Below, in pieces: positions 1-10,649 of a DNA stretch of 64,000 nt (its first letter is position 1; the number at the start of each line of letters is the position of its first letter). The notes under the pieces are model-generated. The model saw only the letters and a list, made by a program, of their open reading frames with translations. It made no database searches and had not been told where the DNA came from. Source of the DNA: Lama glama (taxonomy: Eukaryota). The stretch covers positions 13,766,001-13,830,000 of the forward strand of contig CM052818.1 of NCBI GenBank assembly GCA_028534125.1. Reading direction: 5' to 3'. The translations under genes were made by a program, and so were the position numbers.

Positions 1-668
1 ACAATTTACACCTATTAGCAGCATATGAAATTGTTTCTTTATCCCCCGTTCTTCCATTTGGGGCCAAATAAGTGGTCTTAATTACTATAGCTTTAAAATA
101 GAAAACATTTTTATTATCTGGAGGGTCAAATACCCTCTTATTTTCTTATTTAAAAATTTTATTGATTAATCATTCAAATAAATTTAAACATCATTTTCTG
201 AATATTTGGAAAGTTTCTATGAAATAAATCCTTATAATAAGGAAGTGTTTATGGATGCAATGACACATCTAAGTTAGCTTTAAAATACACCAGACCAAAA
301 CAGAAAAAAAGGTGGGGAAGGGTATAAATAAATAAAACAAGATCAGCAAAATAGTGATAATTATTGAAGCTAGGTCATAGGTTTATTATAGTTAGTTTGA
401 AATGCCCAAAACTAAAAGATAAAAGAAAATGAAATTTCCTTAAAGATTTCATTAAAATATAGATTACATTGGAATCATTTGACATCATTACTATATAAAA
501 TCTGGCTCTTAGTATTCACAGGGTATTTACTTACTTGCTTAATCCCATAATAGACACAAAACAGTTTCAGAACTGCTAACTCATTCCCTTCTGAAAAACA
601 AATTTATTAACTAAGGTATAATATTCATGCATAGTTCTTTTTCTTTTCTTTTACTTTTTAACCTAGAA

Positions 669-890
669 CAGGAGTCAGCAGACCTTTTCTATAAAGGGCC
701 AGGTAGCAACTATTTTCAGCTTTTGGTGTTTATATGGTCCCTGTTGCAACAAGTTAACTGCTACTGTATTGCAAAAGCAGCCATAGACAATATGTAAACG
801 AATAAACATGGATGTGTCTAATAAAACTCAATTTACAAAAATAGGTGATTGGCTGGATTTGGCCCATAAAACTTAACTTGTCAAACACTG
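669..890 (-). mobile_element. MER58A-like hAT-Charlie MITE
   Basis: caggagtcagcagac..aaagggccaggtag..aaagcagccatagacaatatgtaaacgaat..ggctggatttggccc..cactg; degenerate 8-bp TSD acctagaa/ccttagaa. Confidence 0.8.
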
Positions 891-902
891 CCTTAGAATA
901 TA

Positions 903-1297
903 CAGTTGACCATTGAACAATGCAGGGGGTGTGGGTGTGGGTTTGGTTAGGAGCGCCAACTCTCGCCTTTCCCCCACCCCCTGCTCAGTCAAAAATTGTC
1001 ATATAATTTTTGACTCCCCCAGAACTTAACTACTAATAGCCTACTGTTGACTGGAAACCTTACTAATAATGTAAATTGTCAGTTAACACATATTTTGTAT
1101 GTTGTGTGTATATCTACATTTATTTTATGCATTCTTGACATACCTGATTTTTTTGATATCTCTAAGCTCTACGGTTTGTCTGTGAGTTTTTTTCAAATTG
1201 TGGCAAATCTCCAAAAAATTTCCAGTGTCTTTATTGAAAAAATCAGTATGTTAGTAGACCCATGCAGTTCAAATCCATATTGTTCAAGGACTAACTG
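903..1297. mobile_element. Tigger2-derived MITE (MER8/MER28/Tigger2a type)
   Basis: TIRs CAGTTGACCATTGAACAA and TTGTTCAAGGACTAACTG, with TA duplication on both sides. Confidence 0.85.
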
Positions 1298-1919
1298 TAT
1301 AGTTAGAGTCAAAATACTGTTGTCCAGAGTTACAGGTATTAGTTTTCGTCTTTCCTAACTCCTTCAGTGTGATTATATTATTCACTTGTAATATAGTAGT
1401 TAGATTCATTTGTTACCATTTGGGTGGTAGAATTAAATTATTTATTTTTTGAGTATGTGAAACATTAACATGGTTCTAAAAGTCAAAACTATACAAAAAA
1501 TTTACTCCTGGAAGTATAAGTAGCCTCTCAATCCTTCTACCCTGATCCCACACCTCCATTCTTTCCACTTTCCTCCCACCCACCCCCTGAAGGTGACAGA
1601 ACTCATTCATTTCTGGTTTCCTCTTCCTCGCCTTTCCTCACCTCCCTTCCTCCTCCTTTTTTTTCCTGTCCCTTCTCCTCCTTCTTCTTCCACAAATAAG
1701 CAGATATAGACATCTTATTTTCCCTTTTTTCTTACATAAAGGTACATACTCTGTTGCACTTTGCTTTTTACACTAAAAAAAAATGTATCCTGAAATCAGT
1801 CCATACTGGTTCATGGAGATTTTCGTCATTCTTTTTTTTACAACTGTATAACGTGCTTTTGTGCTGCTGTACAATAATTTATTCAGTTATTCTCACAGGA
1901 GTCACTTTTGATCATAAAA

Positions 1920-2770
1920 ATTTTTTTAAAAACCTTTTATAGAAATATACACAGCACATATCAACGTGTCAGCTCAATGAATTTTCACAAACTGAGCACG
2001 CAAGAGTAACCAGTACCCAGCTCAAGAAACAGAACAGTTCTCAGAACAAGTTCTTTTTCTTCCTATTGTCCATCTTTACCCCATCCTCCCTGGTAACTAA
2101 CCACTATCCTACTTCTAAGAGTAAACATTCGTTTCACCTATTTTTGTTCTTACTATTATTAATGGAATTATACAATATGCACTCAGCTGTTACTGCTTCT
2201 ATTCATTCAACATTATATTGTGAGAATCATTTATATTCTGTGTAGATCATGCTTATTGATGCATAGGATTTTATTTATTTATTCATTTTACTGTTGAAGG
2301 GCATTTGGGTAGTTCCCAGTTTGGGACTATTATATATAGTGCTACGTGAACATTCCAGCACGTGTCTTTGTTACACATAGACATACATTTCTGCTAGATA
2401 TTTACTTAGGAGTTGAATTACTGCATTATAGGATATACACATTTGGTTTTAGTATATGCTACCAAACAGTATTCCAGAATATCACTTTACATTCCCACCA
2501 GCAATATGAGAGCTCTGTTTGTTCCACATCCTCACCAACACTTTGTAATTTCATTTTAGCCTTTCAGGTGGGTGTGTAGTGGTATACCACTGTGATTTCA
2601 TTTTGCATTTCCCTGATGACTAATGAAGTGGATTACCTTTTCATATGTTTATTGATCATTACTGTATGCTTTTTAATGAAATATCTGCTCAAGTCTTTTG
2701 CCCTTTTTCCTACTAGATAGCCTACATTTTCTTATTTTTGAAGGATTTTTTAAAAATATTCTGGATGCAA
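1920..2770 (-). mobile_element. Old L1 (L1MB/L1ME type) 3' region, antisense
   Basis: Typical antisense L1 3' sequence (gggcatttgggtagttcccagtttgggactatt, ttgcatttccctgatgactaatgaagt). Confidence 0.75.
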
Positions 2771-2782
2771 ATTGTTTCTTGA

Positions 2783-3040
2783 TGTCTTAGGTTGCGTTCT
2801 CCAAAAGGAAACCCTGAGATAAGGATTCTAGTACACATAATTTATCAAGAAAGTGCTTCCTGGAGAAAATAATATGAGAGTGTGAGCATCAGGATAAGGA
2901 AGGGAAAGAAGCCAAGCAAAGGTATGACTTCAGACGAAGTCCTGCTGAGGGTAGCTTCAGCTTAATGCCTCAAGGGATCTCTTATACCTTAGAGTTTGTC
3001 CCAGATTGAGAAAAGGGAGCTGAATTTTCATACTCCTGAA
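2783..3040 (-). mobile_element. ERVL LTR fragment (LTR16-like)
   Basis: tgtcttaggttgcgttctcc..accctgagataaggatt resembles the reverse complement of the LTR16-family 3' terminus. Confidence 0.6.
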
Positions 3041-3055
3041 CTGAATTTCATAATT

Positions 3056-3410
3056 CTGATACATGCTATAACATGGGTGAACTCTGAAGAGTTCTTATGC
3101 TAAATGAAATAAGTCAGAACAAAAGAACAAATGTATGATTCCATTCATATGAGGTACCTAGATTAGTCAACTTTGTAGAGACAGAAAGTAGAATAGTGGT
3201 TCCCTGTGGCTGGTGGGAAGGAGGGAATAGAGAGTTATTACATAATGGGTACAGAGTTTCAGTTTGGGATGATGAAGAAGTTCCAGAGATGAGTGATGGT
3301 AATGGTTATTCAACAATGTGAATATACTTACTGCCACTGAAATGTACACTTAAAATGGTTAAAATGATAAGTTTTATGTTATTTATATTTTACCACAATA
3401 AAAAATAAAA
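3056..3410 (+). mobile_element. Old L1 (L1MB-like) 3' UTR fragment
   Basis: atgctaaatgaaataagtcag..gtatgattccattcatatgaggtacctaga..tacacttaaaatggttaaaatg..aataaaaaataaaa. Confidence 0.8.
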
Positions 3411-3429
3411 GAATCATATACACTAGTAT

Positions 3430-5755
3430 TAACGAGATGCAAGGATTGTTTAGCATATGCAAATCAATAAGCATGATTCGCCACATTAATAGAATAAAAG
3501 ATTTTAAAATTCATATTATCACCTCAGAAAATGTATTTCACAAAATTCAACATCTTTTAGTGATAAAACCCTTAGCAAATTAGGTGTAGAAGGAACACCC
3601 TCAATATAATGAAGGCCGTGTATGACAAGACCACAGCTAATATCATACTCAATGGTGAAAGTTTGAAAGCCTTTTCAGGAACAAGACAAGGGTACCCACT
3701 CTCATCGCTTTATTCAACAGAGTACTAGAAGTCCTAGCCAGAACAATTAGGCAAGAAAAACAAATAAAAGGCATCCAAATTAGAAAGGAAGAAAGAAAAT
3801 TGTCTCTGTTTGGAAACCCTAAAGACTCCACCAAAAACCTTTGAGAAGTAATAAATTCAGTAAAGTTATAGGATACAAAAGAAACGTATAAAATTTAGTT
3901 GTTTTTAAAAGCTACCAAAGACCATCTGAAACAGAAATTAAGAAAACAATCCTATTTACAATAGCATCAAAAATAATAAAATATTTATGAATAAATTTAA
4001 TTACGCAGCTGAATGACTGGTATACTGAAAACTATGACATCAATGAAAGAAACTGAAGAGGACACAAATAAATGGAAAGACATCCTGTGTTCATGGATTA
4101 GAAGAAGCAATATTGGTAAAATGTCCATACAACCCAAAATGATCTACAGATTCAATGCAATCCTATAAAAATTCCATGGACATTTTCCATAGAAATAGAA
4201 AAAAATCTGAAAATTCATACAGAACCAAAAAAGACCCAAAATATCCAAAGCAATGTCAAGAAAAAAAGAACAAAGCTAGATGTATTACAATACCTAATTT
4301 CAAACTTAGTTACAAAGCTATAGTAATCAAAACAGTATGCCGCTGGCATTAAAAACAGACACATAGACCAATGGAACACAATGGAAAGCCCAGAAATAAA
4401 CTCAGGCCAACTAATATTTGAGAAAAGAGCCAAGAATACTCAATTGGGAAAGGATAGTCTCTTCAATAAAGATGTTGGTGTTGGGAAAACTGGATATTCA
4501 GATGAAACAAAATGAAATTAGACCTCCGTCTTAGACCGCTCACAAAACTTGAAATTGATCAAAGACTTAAATATAAGACCCAAAACTGTAACACTCCAAG
4601 AAGAAAACACAGGGGAAAACTCCTTGATTTTGGTTTTGGCAATTATTTTTGGATATGACACTAAAAGCACAAGCAACATAAGTGAAAACTAACAAGTGGG
4701 ACTACATTAAACTAAAAAGCTTCTACACAGCAAAAGAAACTATCAGCAAAATAAAAAGGCAACCTCTGGAATGAGAGAAAATATTTTAAACCATATATCT
4801 AAGGCGTTAATATATAAAACATGTAAAGAACTCATACAACTCAAGAGCGAAAAAACAATCTGATTAAAATACTGGCAGAAGACTGAATAGGAATTTTTCC
4901 AAAGACATAAATGGTCAACAGATGCATGAAAAAAAGTGCTCAACATCACTAATTATCAGAGAAATGCAAATCAAAACCACAATGATAGATCACATCCAGC
5001 CTGTTAGGATGGCTATTATTAGAAAGACAAGATATAACAAGTGTTAGTAGGGCGGTGGAGAAAAGGGCCCTTGTGGCCTTTTGGTGGAAATGTAAGTTGG
5101 TACAGACATTATGGAAAATAATATGGAGGTTCCTCAAAAAGTTAAAAATAAAACTACCATATGATATAGCAATCTCACCTCTCGGAATATATCCAGAGGA
5201 AATGGAATCACAATCTTAAAAAGAGATACCTGCACTCCCATGTTCATTGCAACATTATTCACAATAGTTAAGACATGGAAACAACCTCAGCGTCCATCAA
5301 CAACAGATGAATAAATAAAGAAAAATGTGGTAATACAATTATTGAAATATTATTAAGTTATAAAAAAGACAGAAATCTTGTCTTTTATGACAACATGAAT
5401 GGACCTTGGGAGAATTATGCTAAGTGAAAAAAGTCAAACAGAAAAAGACAGATACTGTATGTTCTCACTTACATGTGGAATTTTAAAATCTTTGGAAACA
5501 GAGAATAGAATTAGCGGTTTCCAGGAGCTGGTGGGTGGAGGAAATGAAGAGATGTTGATCAAAGGGTATAAATACTTTCAACTATAAGATAAATAAGTTC
5601 TAGGGATCTCATTTACAGCATGGTGAGGGGACAGAGGTGTTAGCTAACCTTATTGTAATCATTTTGTTATATACATGTGTATCAAATCATCACATTGTAC
5701 ACATTATAAACTTACACATGTTATATGTCAATAATATCTGAATAAAACTGGAAAT
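3430..5755 (+). mobile_element. L1 (L1MA-like) ORF2 3' portion plus 3'UTR, degenerate
   Basis: ORF2 RT/C-terminal remnants ([51 protein letters not shown]) with many stops and frameshifts, ending near AATAAA. Confidence 0.9.
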
Positions 5756-6436
5756 TTTTAAAATTGGCTTTCATCTAATTCAAATTATATTCTAAAACTT
5801 TTTTTATTGACTTGTAAATATAGTCCTGGTATATTTTTAAGTGGGGAAAAGAAAGTACAATACAGTGTATATGATATGATCCCATGTGTGTGATTTTGTG
5901 TGTGTGTGTGTGTATGACAATTTGGAAGCAATTTGGGATTGTGGGTAAAATTTTTTTCCAATTTTTTTCTTTTCTTTTTCTTTTCTCTGTTTTGTTTATT
6001 TATCTGTAATATCTGATTTTCCTACAGGGAAGATATACTCTTACAAGTCAATTTATATAAATGTAAGTTATAGCTTTTTGTTAATATGATTAATACTGAA
6101 TACATTAAGATATAAAATAAATATTCAAGACAGATGTGAATTACCTATATTTACTATAGAACATTTTGCTTAACACTATTTAATCTTATTTATGCATTGA
6201 GATTACCACAGTAATGATATCTTACTTTTATTTTATTATCATATTATGGACTTCTTAAGATACTTTTTGTATCTTCTACTCTTAGCAGTTACTGGCACAC
6301 ATAGTTGCAATGAAATTTATGAATAACTTGAATTTTAAGGAAAGAGAGATCTTTGTAATTGTGTTTGATAATGAGGGGAGGATGATTCAAAACCTCAGTG
6401 GTGGTATACATATATATTTGTAGTGTAATGCTGGCA

Positions 6437-6870
6437 TTTTTTATTGAGGTATACTTGATTTACAATATTATATAAATTTCAGGTATTCAACATAGTGATT
6501 CACAATTTTTAAAGATTATACTCCATTTATAGCTATTATAAAATATTAGTTATATTCCCTGTGTTGTACAATATATCCTTGTAGCTTATTTATTTTATGT
6601 ATAGTAGTCTTAACCCCCTATCCTTATCTGGCTCCTCCCAACTTCCCTCTCCCCAGCAGTAACCACTGGTTTGTTCATTATATCTGTAAATCTGTTTCTT
6701 TTGGTTATATTCACAAGTTTGTTTTATTTTTTAGATTCCACATGTAAATTATAATATATAGTATTTGTCTTCCTCTGACTTATTTCACTAAGCATAACAC
6801 CCTCCAGGTCCACCCATGTTGTTGTAAATGGCAAAATTTCATTCTTTTTTTAAGGCTGAGTAGTATTCCA

Positions 6871-6906
<36 letters not shown>

Positions 6907-7060
6907 CACATCTTCTTTATCCATTCATCTGTTAATGGACACTTAGGTTGCTTCCATATCTTGGCTATCACAAATAATGCTATGCTGTTATGAACATTGG
7001 GATGAGTGCATCTTTTCAAATTATTGTTTTCATTTTCCTCAGATATATAGCCAGGAGTGG
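6437..7060 (-). mobile_element. L1 3' end, antisense, containing a (GT)n microsatellite at 6873-6904
   Basis: T-run head; track ORF 6906..7118 contains ALFVIAKIWKQPKCPLTDEWIKKM (ORF2 C-terminus). Confidence 0.88.
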
Positions 7061-7757
7061 CATATCTTTTTATATCATAAAATATAATAAACCTTATTTC
7101 CGGGAAATTGAAGTACAATCAGCAAATGAATATGAAATGACACGCTAGACAGTAATTTCTTTTCCTTTCCACCAATAGGGGGCAACACAAACAAGCTGCT
7201 GGGTGGGTGGCAGTGTTCATAACCTCGTCTGTCCACAAAGTTCAAGAAAGTCCATGTTAAACTTGCAACAAACAAAAGCAGTGAACATTGAATCTATAAA
7301 ACTTTAGTAGAAGAAACTCCTGTCTGGTTTCTCTGCCTGCCCTCTCACCTCTTTCCAATTCCCTCACTACAGTGCTGCTAGAAATTTTCTTTTTGAAAGA
7401 GAAATCTGATACCATTCCTTTGTTTTGTTTTTTAAAGCTTCAGTTGAGCCCTATTGCTGACAAGATAAAGGCCAGTTCTTTAGTATGACATTTTGGTTTC
7501 TTCATAGTTTGACCTCAACTTTCATTTCCCACTGTTCTCTACCCCTGGGAAACCGTGTTTTTTAGCCACGTAAAGCTACTCATGACTCCCAAACACACCA
7601 CGGACTTCTGCACTTTGACGTGTTGCTTCTGTTGTTCTTCCACCTGAAATTCCCTGGACTTTCCCTCCCCACTGAACATCTGCTTTTCATTCAGGCCTGA
7701 CTGAAAAGACACCTCTCTGTGAAGCCTTTCTTGACTTTCCATTGAAACTGAACTTTG

Positions 7758-7884
7758 GCGGGGGGGTGGTATAGCTAAGCATGCACAAGGTCCTCGGTTC
7801 AATCCCTAGTACCTCCATTACAAAAAAAGAAGAAAACTAATTACCTCCCCCCAAAATAAAAACAAAAAATAAAATTGAGAAAAG
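7758..7884 (+). mobile_element. Vic-1-like camelid tRNA-derived SINE with internal A-box deletion, inserted in an L2 remnant
   Basis: G-rich head, GGTTCAATCC B-box, taattacctccccc, A-rich tail; TSD aactgaac(t/c)ttg at 7746-7757 and 7885-7896. Confidence 0.8.
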
Positions 7885-9904
7885 AACTGAACCTTGTTTC
7901 TTCCTCCAAGAGCACCTATCACATATTGCTTTATTTTAGATTAATCAGCTTGTTTGTATTTCCTAACTGACTGTAAGGTCCCTGAGGGTTCATGTGTCAT
8001 AAGGAAACATCTTATTCATCTTTGTATCCTGAGTGCCTGGTTTGTAATAATTACTCAAAATGCATATTCACTGAATGAACAAAAGAAAAGGAACTAAACA
8101 GGAAGTTCTCAGATTGGACAATTTTCAGACTGACATTATAGCAAAGGCATGTGGACAGTGCTTTTCACAAATTCAGGTAGGATCAAATGTTACTAAAAGA
8201 TTATTTTTGAAATATATTGGAATCTTCCAGTGAATTTTAATTTCTTTACCACTTCCTAGTGGCCAGTTTTTTGTTTTGTTTTGTTTTGTTTGTAGTATTT
8301 GTCAAGATGGGGGCTCTTTAGTGCACAAGTACAAGGATATTATGTTCATTATAGTTTGGAGAAATCCTGGTTGTTCCAGGTCACTTGATTTCTAGGCCAG
8401 GTGGAATTCCACTTTCCTGCTTGTCTGGAGACGAGGGTGATCTACAGTCTGTGTTTACTCAGCACACTCAGTAACTGATTCCAGTCTCATTTACATCTTT
8501 TTGCTGAGATCAGCATTCAGGAGTGCAATGAGGGGAGATGAAGCATCCTTTCATGATCCTACCTCAGACTTGAGCAATACAGTATGTTTGAAAACACATG
8601 ATATATATATCAGTAAGTAGACATGGTGGATGTCTTATAGAGGTGATCATTGCTATACCATCTGCCAGGTTCTGCATTTGGTTAAAAAAAAAAGAAAGAA
8701 ATTAGTTTGACAGGATTGCTCTTCACGCAATCATGTTGATTTTTGCCAATTCTATGTAATTTGACCTGCTCTTGCAAAATGAGTAAGAGAAAAGTGCTTT
8801 CACATTGAGCTACAGGAAAAATATGGCCATTGTTCTTATGACCTTTGTTAAAAAAATTCAAACATGAGTAAGATAGGCCCACGGTAAATAGAAAATAAAG
8901 GAGATGGAGACAGCTGGGTAACTAATTCAGAACTACAAAACTCAAAACTTGTTTGTAGCTGTAATATAATTGATATACTAGTGTCTCACACTAAAAAGAA
9001 GGGGAATGAAATCTAAAGCCTTCTGGGATCAAAATATGCTCAATTCAGGACTCAGAAACTTGTTCTTTTTAGATTTATGCTAGTAAATTTCCACAGAACG
9101 TGTGTACATATGAATTTGTGAAAGGTATCAACTTCACTTAAACAATTTCTTCCCAATTTAGAGTCAAAGTCTTCACATGACTAGTGTATTATGAAATATA
9201 GGAAATCTAGTTGGTATTGCCTACTAACTTTATTTCAGTCAGTACTATGGCTGTCCATCATGTTGATTTCACAATGATTTTGGAAGAGGCTACCTGAACT
9301 TTGTCAAATATAAGTAAAGGGCATAACTCCAATCTCTTATCCATTTTTCTTTTATTAAACAAAATGATGACTAAATGATTTCAAATAAGGATTCATTCTA
9401 AATGCTGAATGAATGTGTTTCAGTGAAAGTGGGTTCATGTGTAGTGCTTCCAGTTTTTGCTGTGAGTGAGGAGCACAGATAAGAGAATTGCCAATGTCCC
9501 ATATTTTCTTTTAAAATAATGTATTTTAGTAAATTATACTTTTTATTATTTAAATATCAAGTTCTTTCAATGAAAGTTATGAAAAATTAATTTAACAAAT
9601 TTATTTATTCAACTAAGAGAGTACATATTATGTGCAAGCCACTGTTGGACATGGATATCATATATTTGCCAGTTAAAAAAAAGAGATTTAGTTTCTACCC
9701 TGCATTAACAGATTTTATATATCAAACTATATGCCACAAATTTTAGAGTATTTTATTCTTAACATATTTATCCACTCCCTCTGTTTCATCATGGCATTTC
9801 ACCAAAGATTTAAAATTCCATAAATTTGATAAGAATTGCCATTTTGTGTTGCTATCAAATAATCTATAGACATGGTTCTAGGTGTTATCTACACTTGTCA
9901 CATG

Positions 9905-10312
9905 CAGCTCTGTGCCAGACAGTTGCATCATCTGGGTTCTCTTGCTATCAGCTTCTCATGGGGTTCGGCAGTGGAGAGTACTGGCCGGCAAATGAGTGAG
10001 AAAGAGAGATTGGGGTTATCTTTCTCAGTTTTTAATTCTGCAGCATGATGATGGCAGAAGTTCCAATCTCTGTGGAGACAGCTCCTAAATGGTTCCTCTT
10101 CCAAGACTATGGTCTTTCAGGGTTCTAGTAACACAGTTTCCTCCTCTTGTCCCTTCAGGACTAGGGATGGAAATGCTCCTTGGTGTTATTGCTTGTCCCT
10201 GGTTGCTTCACCACGCTCTGTCGGTTCACTTACCTCCCCACACCTCTCTAAGTCACCCCTTCATTGAATTCTTTTTGGTTCAACACTTCAAGGGTGCCCC
10301 CTCTTTCCTCTC
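9905..10312 (+). mobile_element. LTR33-like ERVL solo LTR
   Basis: ggttctagtaac..cttgtcccttcaggactagggatgg..tgcttcacca..ccccttcattgaa..gtgcc resembles recalled LTR33. Confidence 0.7.
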
Positions 10313-10569
10313 CAGTTTTATATCCAGGAGAGACGTTTTCAGTGGTAAAGTAATGAGAGGTTAAAAGGAGTTTGAAACTATATCTGATACACTAGGATAA
10401 TGGAATTCAGTTTCCAAGCAACTTGTGAACAAACTCTTCTGCACTTCCAGAATATAATTATACACTATAGTTGGTTATTTATAAAGTTAATTAATTGACT
10501 GGAAAAGAATTCAATCCTCTGTTTTTGTTTTGCTTGCATCCAGTCTCAATACGGTGACTGCTAGTTCGA

Positions 10570-10649
10570 GGTGACTAATGATGGCCTCACAAACCAAACT
10601 TGGCCCACTGTCTCCTTTTGCAAATAAAGTTTAACAACACAGCAACACC
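10570..10649 (+). mobile_element. MER58A-like hAT-Charlie MITE, 5' part (interrupted by the L1)
   Basis: ggcctcacaaaccaaacttggcccactgtctccttttgcaaataaagtt resembles the recalled MER58A 5' region. Confidence 0.75.
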
